DNA of 64,000 nucleotides, taken from NCBI RefSeq assembly GCF_006345805.1, contig NC_043017.1:20088001-20152000 (forward strand), in the 5' to 3' direction. Both the position numbers and the translations under genes were made by a program. Each line of letters begins with the position of its first letter. Position 1 is the first letter of the stretch. This stretch comes from Octopus sinensis. Its lineage: Eukaryota. Positions 1 to 13,120 of the stretch are shown here, piece by piece. Under the pieces are notes generated by a model, which was given only the letters and a program-made list of their open reading frames with translations, searched no databases and was not told the origin of the DNA.

Positions 1-499
1 GTGGTGGCGATCATGGGGAGACGATTGTGGTGGTGGTGGTGGTGGTAGTGTTCCAGACTGTGGTGACGTTGGTAGTGGTGGTGGGTGAGGTGGGGGAGAA
101 AGGAGGGATTGGTAAGGCAGCACAGACAAACACAGCAACAACACCACCAGGTGTAAACGAGACAGGTAAGAGGTTTTCAAGTTTCTTTTCTTTTATCTTT
201 TTTCCGGTAATTTAATACTGTTTTGAGTATTAGTGACGCTGTAGCAGCAGCAGTAGTAGTAGTAATGCAGACATAGTAATGGTGGTAGTAGGGGCAGTAG
301 TAGTAGTGGTAGTGGTGGTGGTGGTGTCAGTAGTGTAGTTGGTGAGGGTGGCAGTAGTAGTAGTGGGGGTGGTGGTGTTGACAGTAATGGCAGTGGTGGT
401 AGTCGCAGTGGTAGTAGTAGTTATACTACTACTACTACTAGTTGTAGTAATTGTGGAGGTGACAGTAGTAGTAGTTGTAGTAGTAGTAGTAGTAAAAGC

Positions 500-856
500 T
501 AAATCATCATGAACGCCATCATCATCATCACTTTCGTCATCATCATCATCATCATCGTCACTTTCGTCGTCATCATCATCATCATTATCGTCACTTTCGT
601 CATCATCATCATCATTATCGTCACTTTCGTCATCATCATCATCATCACTTTCATCGTCATCATCATCATCATCGTCACTTTCGTCATCATCATCATCATC
701 ATCGTCACTTTCGTCGTCATCATCATCATCATCGTCACTTCCATCGTCATCGTCACTTCCATCGTCATCGTCACTTCCATCGTCATCGTCATCATCATCT
801 CTATCATCATTATCATTGCTATCCCTATCATCATCGTCATCGTCCTCCTTGTCACT

Positions 857-887
<31 letters not shown>

Positions 888-900
888 CCACCACCACCAT
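500..900. repeat. (ATC)n-derived minisatellite, unit ~27-33 bp with CACTTT/CACTTC interruptions
   Basis: Repeated CACTTTCGTCATCATCATCATC units; explains the overlapping poly-D, poly-M, poly-I and poly-S ORFs. Confidence 0.9.
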
Positions 901-1109
901 CACTAAGTAAGTATGTACCTATGAAACGTAATAAGTTGCGACATCGCAAAATGAGACATATTCTATTCATTGTCCCCCCTCCCTCAATACCCCCCTTCAC
1001 TGCCCCCCCCCCGTCTAAACCGTGGCCCCCTCCCCTTCACCTCTTTAGACATGCCGATATGAATTTCTAAACATCATGTGTTGTGATGAGTCTCACACTC
1101 CACCGACTT

Positions 1110-1614
1110 CGTATCTATTTACCTGTCTCTCTCTCCTTCTCTCTATGTCTGTCTCAATCTCTGACTCTCTCTCCTTCTCTATCTCCCTCTCTGTCTGTCT
1201 GTCTCCCTCTCTCTTTATTTCAAGTAGGTCTCTTTCTAAATGCTATCAAAAATCCCTTTCACCCCCTCTTTCATCCCTCTATCTCTCCCTCTCTCCCCTC
1301 TCTATCTAGCTGTCTCTACCTCTCTCCATATGTCTATCTCAATCTCTGTCTCTCTCTCTCTTTCTCCCCTTTGTCTGTCTCTCCTCTATCTCCCTCTCTG
1401 TCTGTCTGTCTCTCTCTCCATTTCAAGTAGGTCTCTTTCTAAATGCTATAAAAATCTCCCTCTCCCCCCTCTATCTCTCCCTCTCTCCTCTACTTCCCTC
1501 TCTATCTAGCTGTCTCTACCTTTCTCCGTATGTCTATCTCAATCTCTGTCTCTCTCTCTCCTTCTCTATCTCCCCCTTTGTCTGTCTGTCTCTCTCTCCT
1601 TCTCTATCTCCCTC

Positions 1615-1645
<31 letters not shown>

Positions 1646-1690
1646 ATTTCAGGTAGGTCTCTTTCTAAATGCTATCAAAAATCTCCCCCC
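1110..1690. repeat. Three-copy ~205-225 bp CT-rich tandem duplication
   Basis: Anchor TTTCA(A/G)GTAGGTCTCTTTCTAAATGCTAT recurs at 1218, 1421 and 1647. Confidence 0.85.
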
Positions 1691-2819
1691 CCCCCCCCGC
1701 CACATTCTCAGATATTGTGCATCATCAGCACGACACACCTCGATGCTTACGAGGAGGCGGCGGGAGGGAGGGAGGTGAGACAGCGGAATGGTCGGGGTGG
1801 TGGCCGAGCGGTTCCGTTTGACGGAGGTGAGGAGTGGTGTTGTAGAGCGAGTGTCGGGGTGGTGGGGTTTGGTTGTAGAGGCCTAGCTAAAGTGCGGTAA
1901 CGTGTAACCAGAGCAAAAGGTTTGCGCTTAGATGCTGCGTATGTTTGTCTGCCTGGTGATTACTTTAGCAGAGAGAGAGGGGGGGGGAGGGGGAAGGAAA
2001 GGGGGAGGGTGGAGTGCGAAGGAATGAAGAAAGACAGGGATGGGGTGGGGGGGGGGGAAACGAAAGACAGGAAGAATCAACAGATTCAGTGACCGATTCT
2101 GCGCCATTATACAGAATCATGAAATCACATACGTACAAACACACAGACACACTCACACCACACACACACTGTATATGTATATACATATATATATAGATAT
2201 ATATATATATATATCTATATATATATAATATAGTATGTATATATAGATGTATATGTATATATATATAAATATATATAAATATATACATACTATACATATA
2301 TTATGTATACATATATATATTATATATATATAATACTGTGTATATATTATATTTACATTATGTTCACCACACACTCATATGTGTATATATATATGTATGT
2401 AATATTATATATATTATATACACACCCCCACACATCTGTCTCTCTCTCTCTCTCCTCGTCTTCTCTCCTCTCTCTATATATATATATACTATCTATATAT
2501 ATATATAATATATATATATATATCTATATATATATGTATATCTATATATATAATATATATATATATATAATATATATATATGTATATATATCACATAGCT
2601 TTTTGCTTTATATCAGTTTTTATGTATCTCTTGAAGCAATATAAAATTATAGAATTATCATTTCAATTTCAGTTAGTACTAAGTTGGACATTTTCCCTTT
2701 CCAGTCAATATTACAAACAACAACAACAACAATAAAACAACAATACAATAACAACAACAACACCACCACCAAACGACCACCACCTCATCCATCATCATAA
2801 TAATAATAATAATAATAAG

Positions 2820-2864
<45 letters not shown>

Positions 2865-2880
2865 TAATGATAATAATAAC

Positions 2881-2930
<50 letters not shown>

Positions 2931-2956
2931 TAATAATAACAATAATAATAATAAAA

Positions 2957-3150
2957 AAAGGTAGCAGAATGTTTTACTGTGCTGGGAAAATTGCTTAGTG
3001 ACATGTCTTTCAACTTTATACTTGGGTTGACTTTGCCTTTCATCGTTTCGGGGGTCAATAAAATAAGTACCAGTAAGACACTGGGGTTGATACAATCGAC
3101 TTATCTCCACCCTGAAGTTGCTGGCCTTATACCAGAATCTGAAACCATTA
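2957..3150 (+). mobile_element. tRNA-derived SINE, family M (degenerate)
   Basis: Central GTTGACTTTGCCTTTCATC...AAGTACCAG...CTGGGGTTGAT module, followed by an (ATT)n tail. Confidence 0.75.
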
Positions 3151-3189
3151 TTATTATTATCCATTATCATCATTATTATTATTACTAAC

Positions 3190-3530
3190 GCAGCGAGCTG
3201 GCAGAACCGTTAGCACACTGAATGAAATGCTTTACAGTATTTCATTCGTCTCTATGTTCTGAGATCAAATTCCGCTGAGGTTGACTTTGCTTTTCATCCT
3301 TTCAGGGTCAATAAAATTAGTACCAGTTATGTACTGGCGTTGATATAATCGACTTAATTCTTCTCCCAAATTTGAGGCCTTGTGCTTCCAGTAGAAAGGA
3401 TGATTATTATTATTTGCCTTTCATCCTTTTGGGGTTGATAAATTAAGTACTAGTTGCGTACTGGGGTTGATGTGATCTATTGTTCCCCACCACCACAAAA
3501 ATTCAGGCCTAGTTCCTGTAGTAGAAAGGA
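3190..3530 (+). mobile_element. SINE family M, full copy plus adjacent 3' partial copy
   Basis: Head GCAGCGAGCTGGCAGAACCGTTAGC, B-box-like GAGATCAAATTCC, central module, GTAGAAAGG+(ATT)n tail; second tail at 3412-3530. Confidence 0.85.
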
Positions 3531-3533
3531 TTA

Positions 3534-3586
<53 letters not shown>

Positions 3587-4514
3587 GTTATGGAATACAA
3601 ATGAGGTGATATTAAACCTCAGTTGTTTGAGGACCCAAACATCAACAGTCATAAACACACTCATATATATTTGTACACTTGTTTGTGCATTGTTTATTTG
3701 TTTAATGTCTGATGGTCCATGATTGATGTCTCCATTTCTGTGGAGAGTTATCTGAAGCTGGATTTTACAGACAGAAGCTCTTCCTGCCACCAAACCTTAC
3801 CTGTTTTTCTAGTTAGGCATATCATTATTCTACTGGTCTTTAAAAGTTTTGAAAGCAACTGGTCACAATGTCAACAAGAAACAGCAACATCGGCACCGTT
3901 TTGCTAAAGTAGCGACAAGCATGGAATGTAAACATTTACACTCACACACACACATACAAACACTGAAAATGCTGTTCCTGAAAAACAGGTTAGGGTGAGT
4001 GACAGGAAGAGCATCCAGCTGCAAAAAACAATACCATTTTTATCTAACCCATGCTAGCAATGAAAATCAGACATAAAAACAAAAGAACTAATGGCTGTTA
4101 ACTAACAGACGTCTCCCAACAATAATTTAATGGAGAAAATAATGGTGATTCCTCAAGAAGCATTCTTCAGTACAACAGCTTCATTCTTCTCATAGTGAAT
4201 GCTGCACGGCTTTTGTTGGACAATTCCATATCAAAACAGCAAACAAGTTTCACTAAGAGAGGGAGAGAAGCTAACCACTGACCCCCCTCACAACCCTTCC
4301 CACGATGCGATGTACTTGAGGGTGGAGAGACTGTGTAGGGGAGAAGGGCAGATAGAGATAGGTAGAGAAAGAGGATGGAAAAACAGAGGGAGATCATTAT
4401 ACAATTTATGTTTATAAAAGTGTATCATATATATATATATATATATATGTATGTATATATAATATATATGTGTGTGTATATATATATATATATATAATAT
4501 ATATATATATAATA

Positions 4515-4569
<55 letters not shown>

Positions 4570-4671
4570 TAAGTTATCTTCTGATAATAACTTGATAAGT
4601 TATCTTGTTAACATTTTCTTTTCTACGGCTATATATATATATATATACATACATGCATATATATATATATG

Positions 4672-4747
<76 letters not shown>

Positions 4748-5067
4748 TTATATAACTGGAGAGAAGAAAATATGTGTGTGCATGCTTGGTTTGTAGTTTG
4801 TAAGTAAATGTGTGTGTGAAAGTGTATTGATATGAGAATGCATACGCATGCATGGATGTGTATGTGATTTTGTGTGTGTAAGTGTGCGCGCTTGTGTATT
4901 TGCCTGTGTGCGCAAGTGTTGTTTCCAAGAAGAAGAAGTAAAAAAAAGAAAATTTCAACAAGATAAGCAAACCACAAGATGACTGTTTTATCTCCGACTT
5001 GACACAGCTGTTTAACTCCATCTTCTTCTAACAAGTCAATTGTCTACATGGAGGGACAGACAGACAA

Positions 5068-5101
<34 letters not shown>

Positions 5102-5223
5102 GAACATTTATGGCTTCTAGTCAAATGAACTGTTTCAGAGATATGGGGCAGAAACGGGGGGAGGGGCATGGACGATGTTGGTGCTAAGGGTATGTGTGCG
5201 CATGCTGGTGCATGCGTGCGTGC

Positions 5224-5263
<40 letters not shown>

Positions 5264-5419
5264 GTGTGTGTATTTCAGAGTTTGCATGTACACGTAAGTA
5301 GGTATGTTTTACTTACATTCTATTTTTTTTTTTACCTTATTTATAATTTTTATGAATCTGATTCTTTAAAACACTCGCTTGTATATATATATGTATATAT
5401 TATGTTGGTTGTATGGAGA

Positions 5420-5935
5420 GAAATGTCATGTCTGAATCACATGGTTCCAGGTTCAGTCCCACGGTGTGGCACCTCGGGCAAATGTCTTCTACTATAGCCC
5501 TGGGCCAGCCAATGCCTTGCGAGTGGATCTGGTAGATGAAACCAAAAAAGAAGAGTGTATTTGTGCACAGGCATGGCTGTGTGGTTAAGAGACTTGCTTT
5601 GAAATCTTGTGGTTTTGGGTTCAAACCCAGTATGTGGAACCTCAGCTTCAAGTGTCGCTCCAGCTGAACAAAACCTGGTAGATGGATACTGTGTGGAAGC
5701 CTTCTGTATATATTTCTGTTCATTTACGTGTGTCGTTATGCTTGCACCCCTGCTCGCATGACAATGTGATAACTGGTGTTGGTTTGTTTACATCCCCCAT
5801 AACTTGGCAGTTTGGCCTAAGAGACCAACAGAACAAATACCAGCCTCAGAAATAAGTACTGGGTTTAGTCTTTCACTAAATCCTTTGAGGTGGCGCCCCA
5901 GCATGGCCACAATTCAATGACTAAAACAAAAGGAA
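5420..5935 (+). mobile_element. CORE-like SINE family C (two heads plus 3' module)
   Basis: GGTTCAGTCCCAC..GGCACCTCGGGCAAATGTCTTCTACTATAGCC head and CORE-like block; 3' module CCCCAGCATGGCCACAATTCAATGACTAAAACAA. Confidence 0.75.
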
Positions 5936-6082
5936 AACACATCAGGTTGATGTGAAGATCACAACAAAGACTGAAATGTTCACAATTTTACTCTCTGACC
6001 CCATCCCCCTGTCACTCCACCATGCCCATCCCCCACAAATGCTCTATCTCAAGGGGCATTTTACTGAGAGGGGTGATGATGT

Positions 6083-6957
6083 GCTTTTCTACTCTAGGCA
6101 CAAGGCCCAAAGTTTTTGTTGCAGGGGCCAGTCATTTAGATCAACCCCAGTATGCAACTGGTACTTAATTTATCGACCCCTGAAAGGACGAAAGGCAAAG
6201 TCAACCTCGGCGGAATACCACAAAGCCTTTCACCTGGCATGATAATGTTTCAGCCAGCTCGCTGCCCTATGGGTATTGATATTTATTTCTTTATTGCCCA
6301 CAAGGGGCTAAACATAGAGGGGACAAACAAGGACAGACAAAGAGATTAAGTCGATTATATCGACCCCAGTGTGTAAAAGGTACTTATTTAATCGACCCTG
6401 AAAGGATGAAAGGCAAAGTCGGTCTCAGCAGACTTTGTACTCAGAATGTAAAAACAGATGAAATACCTATTTCTTTACTACCCACAAGGGGCTAAACACA
6501 GAGGGGACAAACAAGGACAGACATAGGTATTAAATCGATTACATTGACCCCAGTGCGTAACTGGTACTTAATTTATCGACCCGAAAGGATGAAAGGCAAA
6601 GTCGACCTCGGCGGAATTTGAACTCACAACGTAATGCAGACGAAATACCGCTAAGCATTTCGCCCGGCATGCTAACGTTTCTGCCAGCTCGCCGCAGATG
6701 AAATACCGCTTGTCATTTCACCTGGCATGCTAATGTTTCTACCAGCTCATTGCCTTATATTCTTTTCTACTCTAGGCACAAGGCCTGAAATTTTGGTGGG
6801 GAGGGCGACAGTAGATTAGATCAACCCCAGTACATGACTAGTACTTAATTTATCAACCCCGAAAGGATGAAAGGCAAAGTCAACCTCGGCGAAATTTGAA
6901 CTCAGAATGCAAAGACAGACCAAATACTGCTAACGATTCTGCCAGCTCGCCGCCTTT
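6083..6957 (-). mobile_element. Cluster of four family M SINEs, one nested in another
   Basis: Four GAAAGGA(T/C)GAAAGGCAAAGTC modules in ~870 bp, with two different tail types. Confidence 0.9.
6468..6694 (-). mobile_element. Young family M SINE (tail B) inserted in an older copy, 13-bp TSD
   Basis: CAGATGAAATACC at 6455-6467 and 6695-6707; the host SINE head resumes after the right TSD. Confidence 0.9.
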
Positions 6958-7179
6958 AGAGGGGTGATGATATTCAAACAGAACTGCATGTGGTATTGGC
7001 TGGCTTTATGTAGAACTCTCACTGGGATTGCTGGTGATATTTCCATGGGGTTCTATTTTGAAGGGTTGGGGCACTGAAATATCAATAATATATGTAATAT
7101 ATTATTTACTGGAGTGTTAGTGTTAGGCATGTCACATTATCCATCCATCCATCTCTATCTATCTATCTATCTATCTATC

Positions 7180-7213
<34 letters not shown>

Positions 7214-7445
7214 TTATCTATCAATCTATCTATCTGTTTGTCTGTCTATCTGTCTATCTATCGTTCTATCTATCAATCTATCTATCTGTCTGTCCGTCTA
7301 TCTGTCTGTCTGTCTGTCTATCTATCGTTCTATCCATCTACCTATGTGTCTATCAGACTGTCTGTCTATATATTCCAAGTCCATATCTAAGTACAAACCC
7401 AAACATGTATACATATGTATATATATATATCTATATCTATCTATC

Positions 7446-7487
<42 letters not shown>

Positions 7488-7733
7488 GATATATATATAT
7501 AATATGTATGATAATATGCATGGTTATATATATACACGCACACACACACACACATATATATATAAATGTATATATGTATATGCACACATAAATATATGTA
7601 TGTGTATGTCTATCTATCTATCCATCCCTCCATGTATGTATGTATGAATATATGTAGTGTCTGTCTGTCTGTCTTTTTCGATATATCTGTGCACACACAC
7701 ACACACACACGTATATATATATGTGTGTATATA

Positions 7734-7789
<56 letters not shown>

Positions 7790-8866
7790 TACAGAGACAC
7801 ACATGCGTATGAATTCTAGACTTTACTGATCACGACAAAGTGCAAATATAACAACAGCAACAAGTACCACCACCTCCACCTCCACCACCACCACCACCAC
7901 CACCTCCACCATCACTACTACTATTAGAAGGGCATCATCAACAACAACAACAACAACAGCCATAACAATTTTCAAAACAGATGATGTTAGGAGCACGATC
8001 AATATTTACCAAGCATCAAAAAGTTGATGTCGCTATTGTCATCTTTGTGTGATACGATATTGATCCGTTTCTACAGAGTTTCTCTCTAACACACACACAG
8101 ACACATACACACACACACACGCTTATACACACACACACACGCTTATACACACACACACACACAGACCAAAACACATATAACACGCCAATGAAATAATGAC
8201 GATATCATTTTCCCCGTCTTTCTTTTTTGGCATAGCATCAACATACAATCTCTCTCCGACACCTCTTCAAAAAAAAGGGGTAGTAGTAGTAATAGTAGTA
8301 GTATTAGTAGTAGTAGTAGTCGTCATCGTCGTCGTCGTAGTAGTAGTAGTAGTAGTCGTAGTAGTAGTAGTAGTCGTCGTCATCGTCGTCGTTGTAGTAG
8401 TAGTAATAGTAGTAGTAGTAGTTGTAGTAGTCGTAGTAATAGTAGTAGTAGTCGTAGTATAGTAGTAGTCGTAGTAATAGTAGTAGTAGTAGTCGCAGTA
8501 GTAGTAGTAGTCGTAGTAGTAGTAGTAGTAGTCGTAGTCATAGTAGTAGTCGTAGTCGTAGTAGTAGTCGTAGTAGTAGTAGTAGTAGTGGTAGTAGTAG
8601 TAGTAGTAGTAGTAGGAGAGGTGTGATATATACTTGACACCTATATTTTCTTGTTTCGTTTTTGTTGGGTTTTTTTTTCTTTTCCTCCACACAAATGGTA
8701 CTTCAGTTAAACTTTGGTAATTCAGGGAGGGGGAAAGTAGAAAGCGGTAACTTGATCTCTGTATTTATGTAATTTGGAAGGTTTTAAATATATTTATGAA
8801 ACTGAACATGTAATAACAACAACAACAACAACAACAATAATAATAATCAAAATAATAATGATGATG

Positions 8867-8914
<48 letters not shown>

Positions 8915-8934
8915 TCAAAATAATAATGATGATG

Positions 8935-8980
<46 letters not shown>

Positions 8981-8983
<3 letters not shown>

Positions 8984-9190
8984 CTATAGGAACAAGGCCT
9001 GAAATTTTAGGGGAACGAGGCCTAGTCAATTAAATCGACTCCGGTGTTTCACTGATGCTTAAATTATTGACCCTGAAAAGTTGAAAGGCAACGTCGACCT
9101 TGGCGAAATTTGAACTTAGAATGGAGTGACAGACGAAATCGCTGCTAAGAATTTTGCCTGGCGTGATAATGATTCTGCCATCTCACCATC

Positions 9191-9192
<2 letters not shown>
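8981..9192 (-). mobile_element. SINE family M
   Basis: Reverse-complement tail, central module and head; (AAT)n on the left and (ATT)n on the right. Confidence 0.8.
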
Positions 9193-9225
<33 letters not shown>

Positions 9226-9262
9226 TATTACTATTATCATCATCATCATCACCAATGATAAA

Positions 9263-9309
<47 letters not shown>

Positions 9310-9438
9310 TAATCCTTTCTACTAAAGGCACAGGGGGAGGGGACTAGTCAATTACTTAAACCCCCCAGTGTTTCACTGGTACTTAATTTATCGTCCTTGC
9401 AGTAATTAAAGAAAGGATTATTGACATTGTTGTTGTTG

Positions 9439-9476
<38 letters not shown>

Positions 9477-9991
9477 TTACTTGGCAGACTGGTAGAATCA
9501 TTAGCACATTGGGAAAATTGCCTTTGCAAGGCAGCAGCACTCAGCACCTGAAAGAATGCATATAGAATGGTTTCTGCCATTCTGTGAGAGTGCATCTCAG
9601 ACAATCCTTGTATTGCTAACTGCATTTCCAGGCTTCAAGAATTTCTCTCAAACAGGCTCTTCCCAGCCCCCCCTTGTGAGGGCAGGGGTTCCTGAAAATT
9701 ATCTTGCTAGGTGTCGGCATGGCTGTGCAGTTACGAAGCTTGCTTTGCAACCCACATGGCTGTGGGTTCTATCCCTCTGTGCAGCACCTTGAGAAAGTGT
9801 CTTCCGCTATAGCTCTGGGCCAACGAAAACCTAAGGGGTGAATTTGGGAGATGTGGAAACTATGTAGAAGAGAGTGTGTGCATGCATGTGTCTGTGCATG
9901 CACAAACACATGTGGGTACATGTAGATGCACATGTGTGTACATGCACGTGTGTGCACATGCATGTGTGTGTATAAATATGTATGTATGTAA

Positions 9992-10305
9992 GTGTCAGGT
10001 TTACAATCACGAGGTACTAAGTTCTATTCCCGGACTGGGCTGTGTGCTGTGTTCTTGAGCAAGACACTTTATTTCACATTGGCCCAGTTTACTCAGCTGT
10101 AGAAATGAGTTGTGACGTCACTGGTGCCAAGCTGTATTGGCTCCTTTACCTTTGCCTTGGATAACATCAATGGCACAGAGAGGGGAGGCTGATATGCATG
10201 GGTGACAGCTGGTCTTCCCCTAACAACTTTACCCAAACTTGTACCTTAGAGTGGAACATTCTACATGCAATCCCATGGTCATTCATAACCTAAGGGGTGT
10301 CTTTA
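9992..10305 (+). mobile_element. CORE-type SINE with a distinct tail (working name Z)
   Basis: TGTTCTTGAGCAAGACACTTTATTTCAC...CTCAGCTGTAGAAATGAG CORE-like block; homologous in reverse to 41653-41987. Confidence 0.8.
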
Positions 10306-10332
10306 CACTTTTCTTATATACATACATACATA

Positions 10333-10637
10333 TTGTTTGTTCCTTCTCAAGCCATGCCTGGCTCATAAGGGTTGGTTTACCAGTTTCCTTGGCGTATAGG
10401 TTCACCACCTGGACGGGATGCCAGTCCGTCGCAGGTGAGGTGCAAGATGCTGGAGGAAAGACTGAGAGAAAGTTGTGGCGAAAGAGTCAGCAGAAGTTCA
10501 TCATTACCTTCTGCTGGAGCCACGTGGAGCTTAGGTGTTTCGTTCATAAACACACACATCGCCCAGTCTGAGATTTGAACCCATGATCCTTTGACTGCGA
10601 GTCCACTGACCTAATCACTAGGCCATGTGCCTCCACA
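10333..10637 (-). mobile_element. tRNA-derived SINE carrying a V-domain-like core
   Basis: Head TGTGGAGGCACATGGCCTAGTG with B-box GGGTTCAAATCTC; CCTGCGACGGACTGGCATCCCGTCCAGG (10406-10435) resembles the V-SINE core. Confidence 0.8.
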
Positions 10638-10880
10638 CATGATGGCTGCCCCCTCGTTATCAAGTATGGCCATTGCACGAAGCTTGACTGTTACTGGTGC
10701 TGTGATCGAATGTGACTTTTTAGCCCACTTCTTGTACAGAATTGGCAACTAAAACCTTTACCGGTAATAGCCGGCTGTAGTTGCAACTGGGCTTCATGTA
10801 CCTTTGCATGTTGTTTAAGTCCTCCTGCCGAATTACACTCTCTTCCACATGCCTGACAGATATACATGCTTCCACACATA
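10638..10880 (-). mobile_element. 5'-truncated RTE-like LINE 3' end encoding two C2H2 zinc fingers
   Basis: ORF 10691-10879: CQACGRECNSAGGLKQHAKVH is a perfect C-x2-C-x12-H-x3-H; the second finger CQFC-TRSGLKS-HIRSQH is about 5 aa short; stop, then a short RTE-like 3' UTR; no TGEKP linker. Confidence 0.65.
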
Positions 10881-11414
10881 CATACATATATACATATATA
10901 AATAAAAAACTAAAAAACAACCAGACAAACAGTAAATATATCAGATTGATGCTTAGAGAAAATATGTGATGGAAAAAAAAGCAGCTGTAATGTTTTGAGC
11001 ATGGCTCTTTATCAGGAAGAGGAAAGAAGACAAAGACCAGAGTGAGGGAAAGGAACAGTCCAAGAGAAGAACATGTATCATAATAAACACACATGAGTAA
11101 GTGTGTGTGTGGGAATAGAACGCAAGAGAATTAAATATGTAATGTATTAAATAATCTTATGAAATCTTAACTCCAAGTATTTGGAAGAAGAACCCATACT
11201 GCCGGCAACTGATATCGTCTCACTGATAAAGAGGGGTCTGATCCAGTATCACTAGAAATACCTTAAAAAAAAAAAAGCTATTCTGTGACGCTCCCAGCTC
11301 CTCCTCTAACAAACTTTAGAATGGTTTGGAATCTAATTCGGCGTAAAAAAGGTTTTAGTCTCAATTTTGTGAACCCTTAAGGGAAACACAAACATGCACA
11401 TATATACATGCATA

Positions 11415-11455
<41 letters not shown>

Positions 11456-12603
11456 CTATATATACACATATACATAAATGTACATAGTCATATAAACATT
11501 CATACATATATATGTTAGATATATTACACACACATGTACATACATATACATAAGCATATATGTATGTATGTATATATATGCATGTATACATATATATAAA
11601 TGTATATATATATAATGCATATATATATATATATTATATATATATATATATATATTCATATATATATGTGTATATATATATGCATATATATATGTGTATA
11701 TATATATATGCATATATATATGTATATATATATGCATATATATATGTGTATATATATATATGCATATATATATGTATATATATATATGTATGTATGTATG
11801 TATGTATGCATATATATATGCATACACATATATGCATATGTATGTATGTGTGTGTATATATATGTGTGTGTGTGTGTGTGTTTGTGTACATATGTGCATG
11901 TGTATACACACGCACACTTAAAAAGCAAACCACAAGCAAACAATAAATATAAATTTAAAACTCAAAACCCATAAAAATGAAAAAGAAAGAGAAAAGAAAA
12001 AAAAACAAAAAACAGAAAAAAAAAAAGAAACCCAGCTCAGATACTTCACCACAATAACATTAAACAAACATAAAAACATCAAAAAAAAAAAATTAACCAA
12101 TTTATAAAAACAGATTTGAAAATATAAAACAAAAAACAAACATCTAAACAAAAACTCTTAAAAATCGCTAAAAACAAAACTCTGTTTAAACGAACCCATA
12201 TGTAAAATCCAGTTTCCCAGTGGTAATGGTACGTCTTAATTTTTTTCACGGTTATGATTTGGTGAATGAATTCTCTTATGACAGATCTTAATGGAGAGGT
12301 TAATAGCTGAAAGGGCTCAGGTTAATACAATTAACTGGAGATTTTTTCTCTTCACAATTCTTCTCTTCTTGTGTTCTACGTATAATTTTTATTTTTCTAC
12401 CTTGAAACTTGATCTATCGACAATTTGTAGTATCAGTTGTTGGGTTTTCGTTATTTTTTTCAAAATTTCCAGCCCCCGCCCCCGTCCTGCAAACACAACC
12501 TCCCTTCTTCATTCCCTCCTTCCTTCTCAACCTACCTATCTACACACCTATCTAGTCACCTACCTAACCATTTGTCTATGCTTGTTGTGCACACACACAC
12601 ACA

Positions 12604-12634
<31 letters not shown>

Positions 12635-12651
12635 CATGTATATATGTGTAT

Positions 12652-12706
<55 letters not shown>

Positions 12707-12884
12707 CATAGATACACATACTATATATATACATACATACAAATACATATATATTATGCATGTATGTATGTGTATGTATATATATATTATATATATATAT
12801 AATATATATTATATATATATACATATATATATATACACATATATATATGCATGTATATATATATATTAAATTTAAGATTTTGGG

Positions 12885-13120
12885 TTCTTGCTAGGTCATA
12901 AGCTCATAAGGCCTGTTTTCTATATCCTTTAGTGTATATATTCCACCCCCACCTAGCAGGGTCACTGTTCCATCACAAAAATACTCACCTTTGCCAGATG
13001 ATTGGACTAGAGTTAACATGAAATGAAGTGTTTTGCTCAAGGAAACACTGCATCACTCAGAGCAGGAACTGAAACCATAATCTCATGAGCAAGTGTGCAA
13101 TACCCTACCCACTAAGCCAC
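12885..13120 (-). mobile_element. Degenerate CORE+V SINE
   Basis: Shares GAAATGAAGTGTTTTGCTCAAG (CORE, reverse complement) and the CTCATAAG tail with 49838-50098. Confidence 0.6.

Noticed and set aside
1-180. Minus-strand frame resembling a signal peptide plus a Pro-rich region (LHLVVLLLCLSVLPYQSLLSPPPHPPP)
   Set aside because: No in-frame ATG before an upstream stop and no credible acceptor; runs off the window edge.
11361-11974. Stacked Y/I/C/V/H-rich ORFs (also near 2000-2600, 4300-4800, 15200-15900, 23000, 25200, 29100-30000, 43600-44400, 52600)
   Set aside because: (TA)n/(CA)n dinucleotide artefacts.
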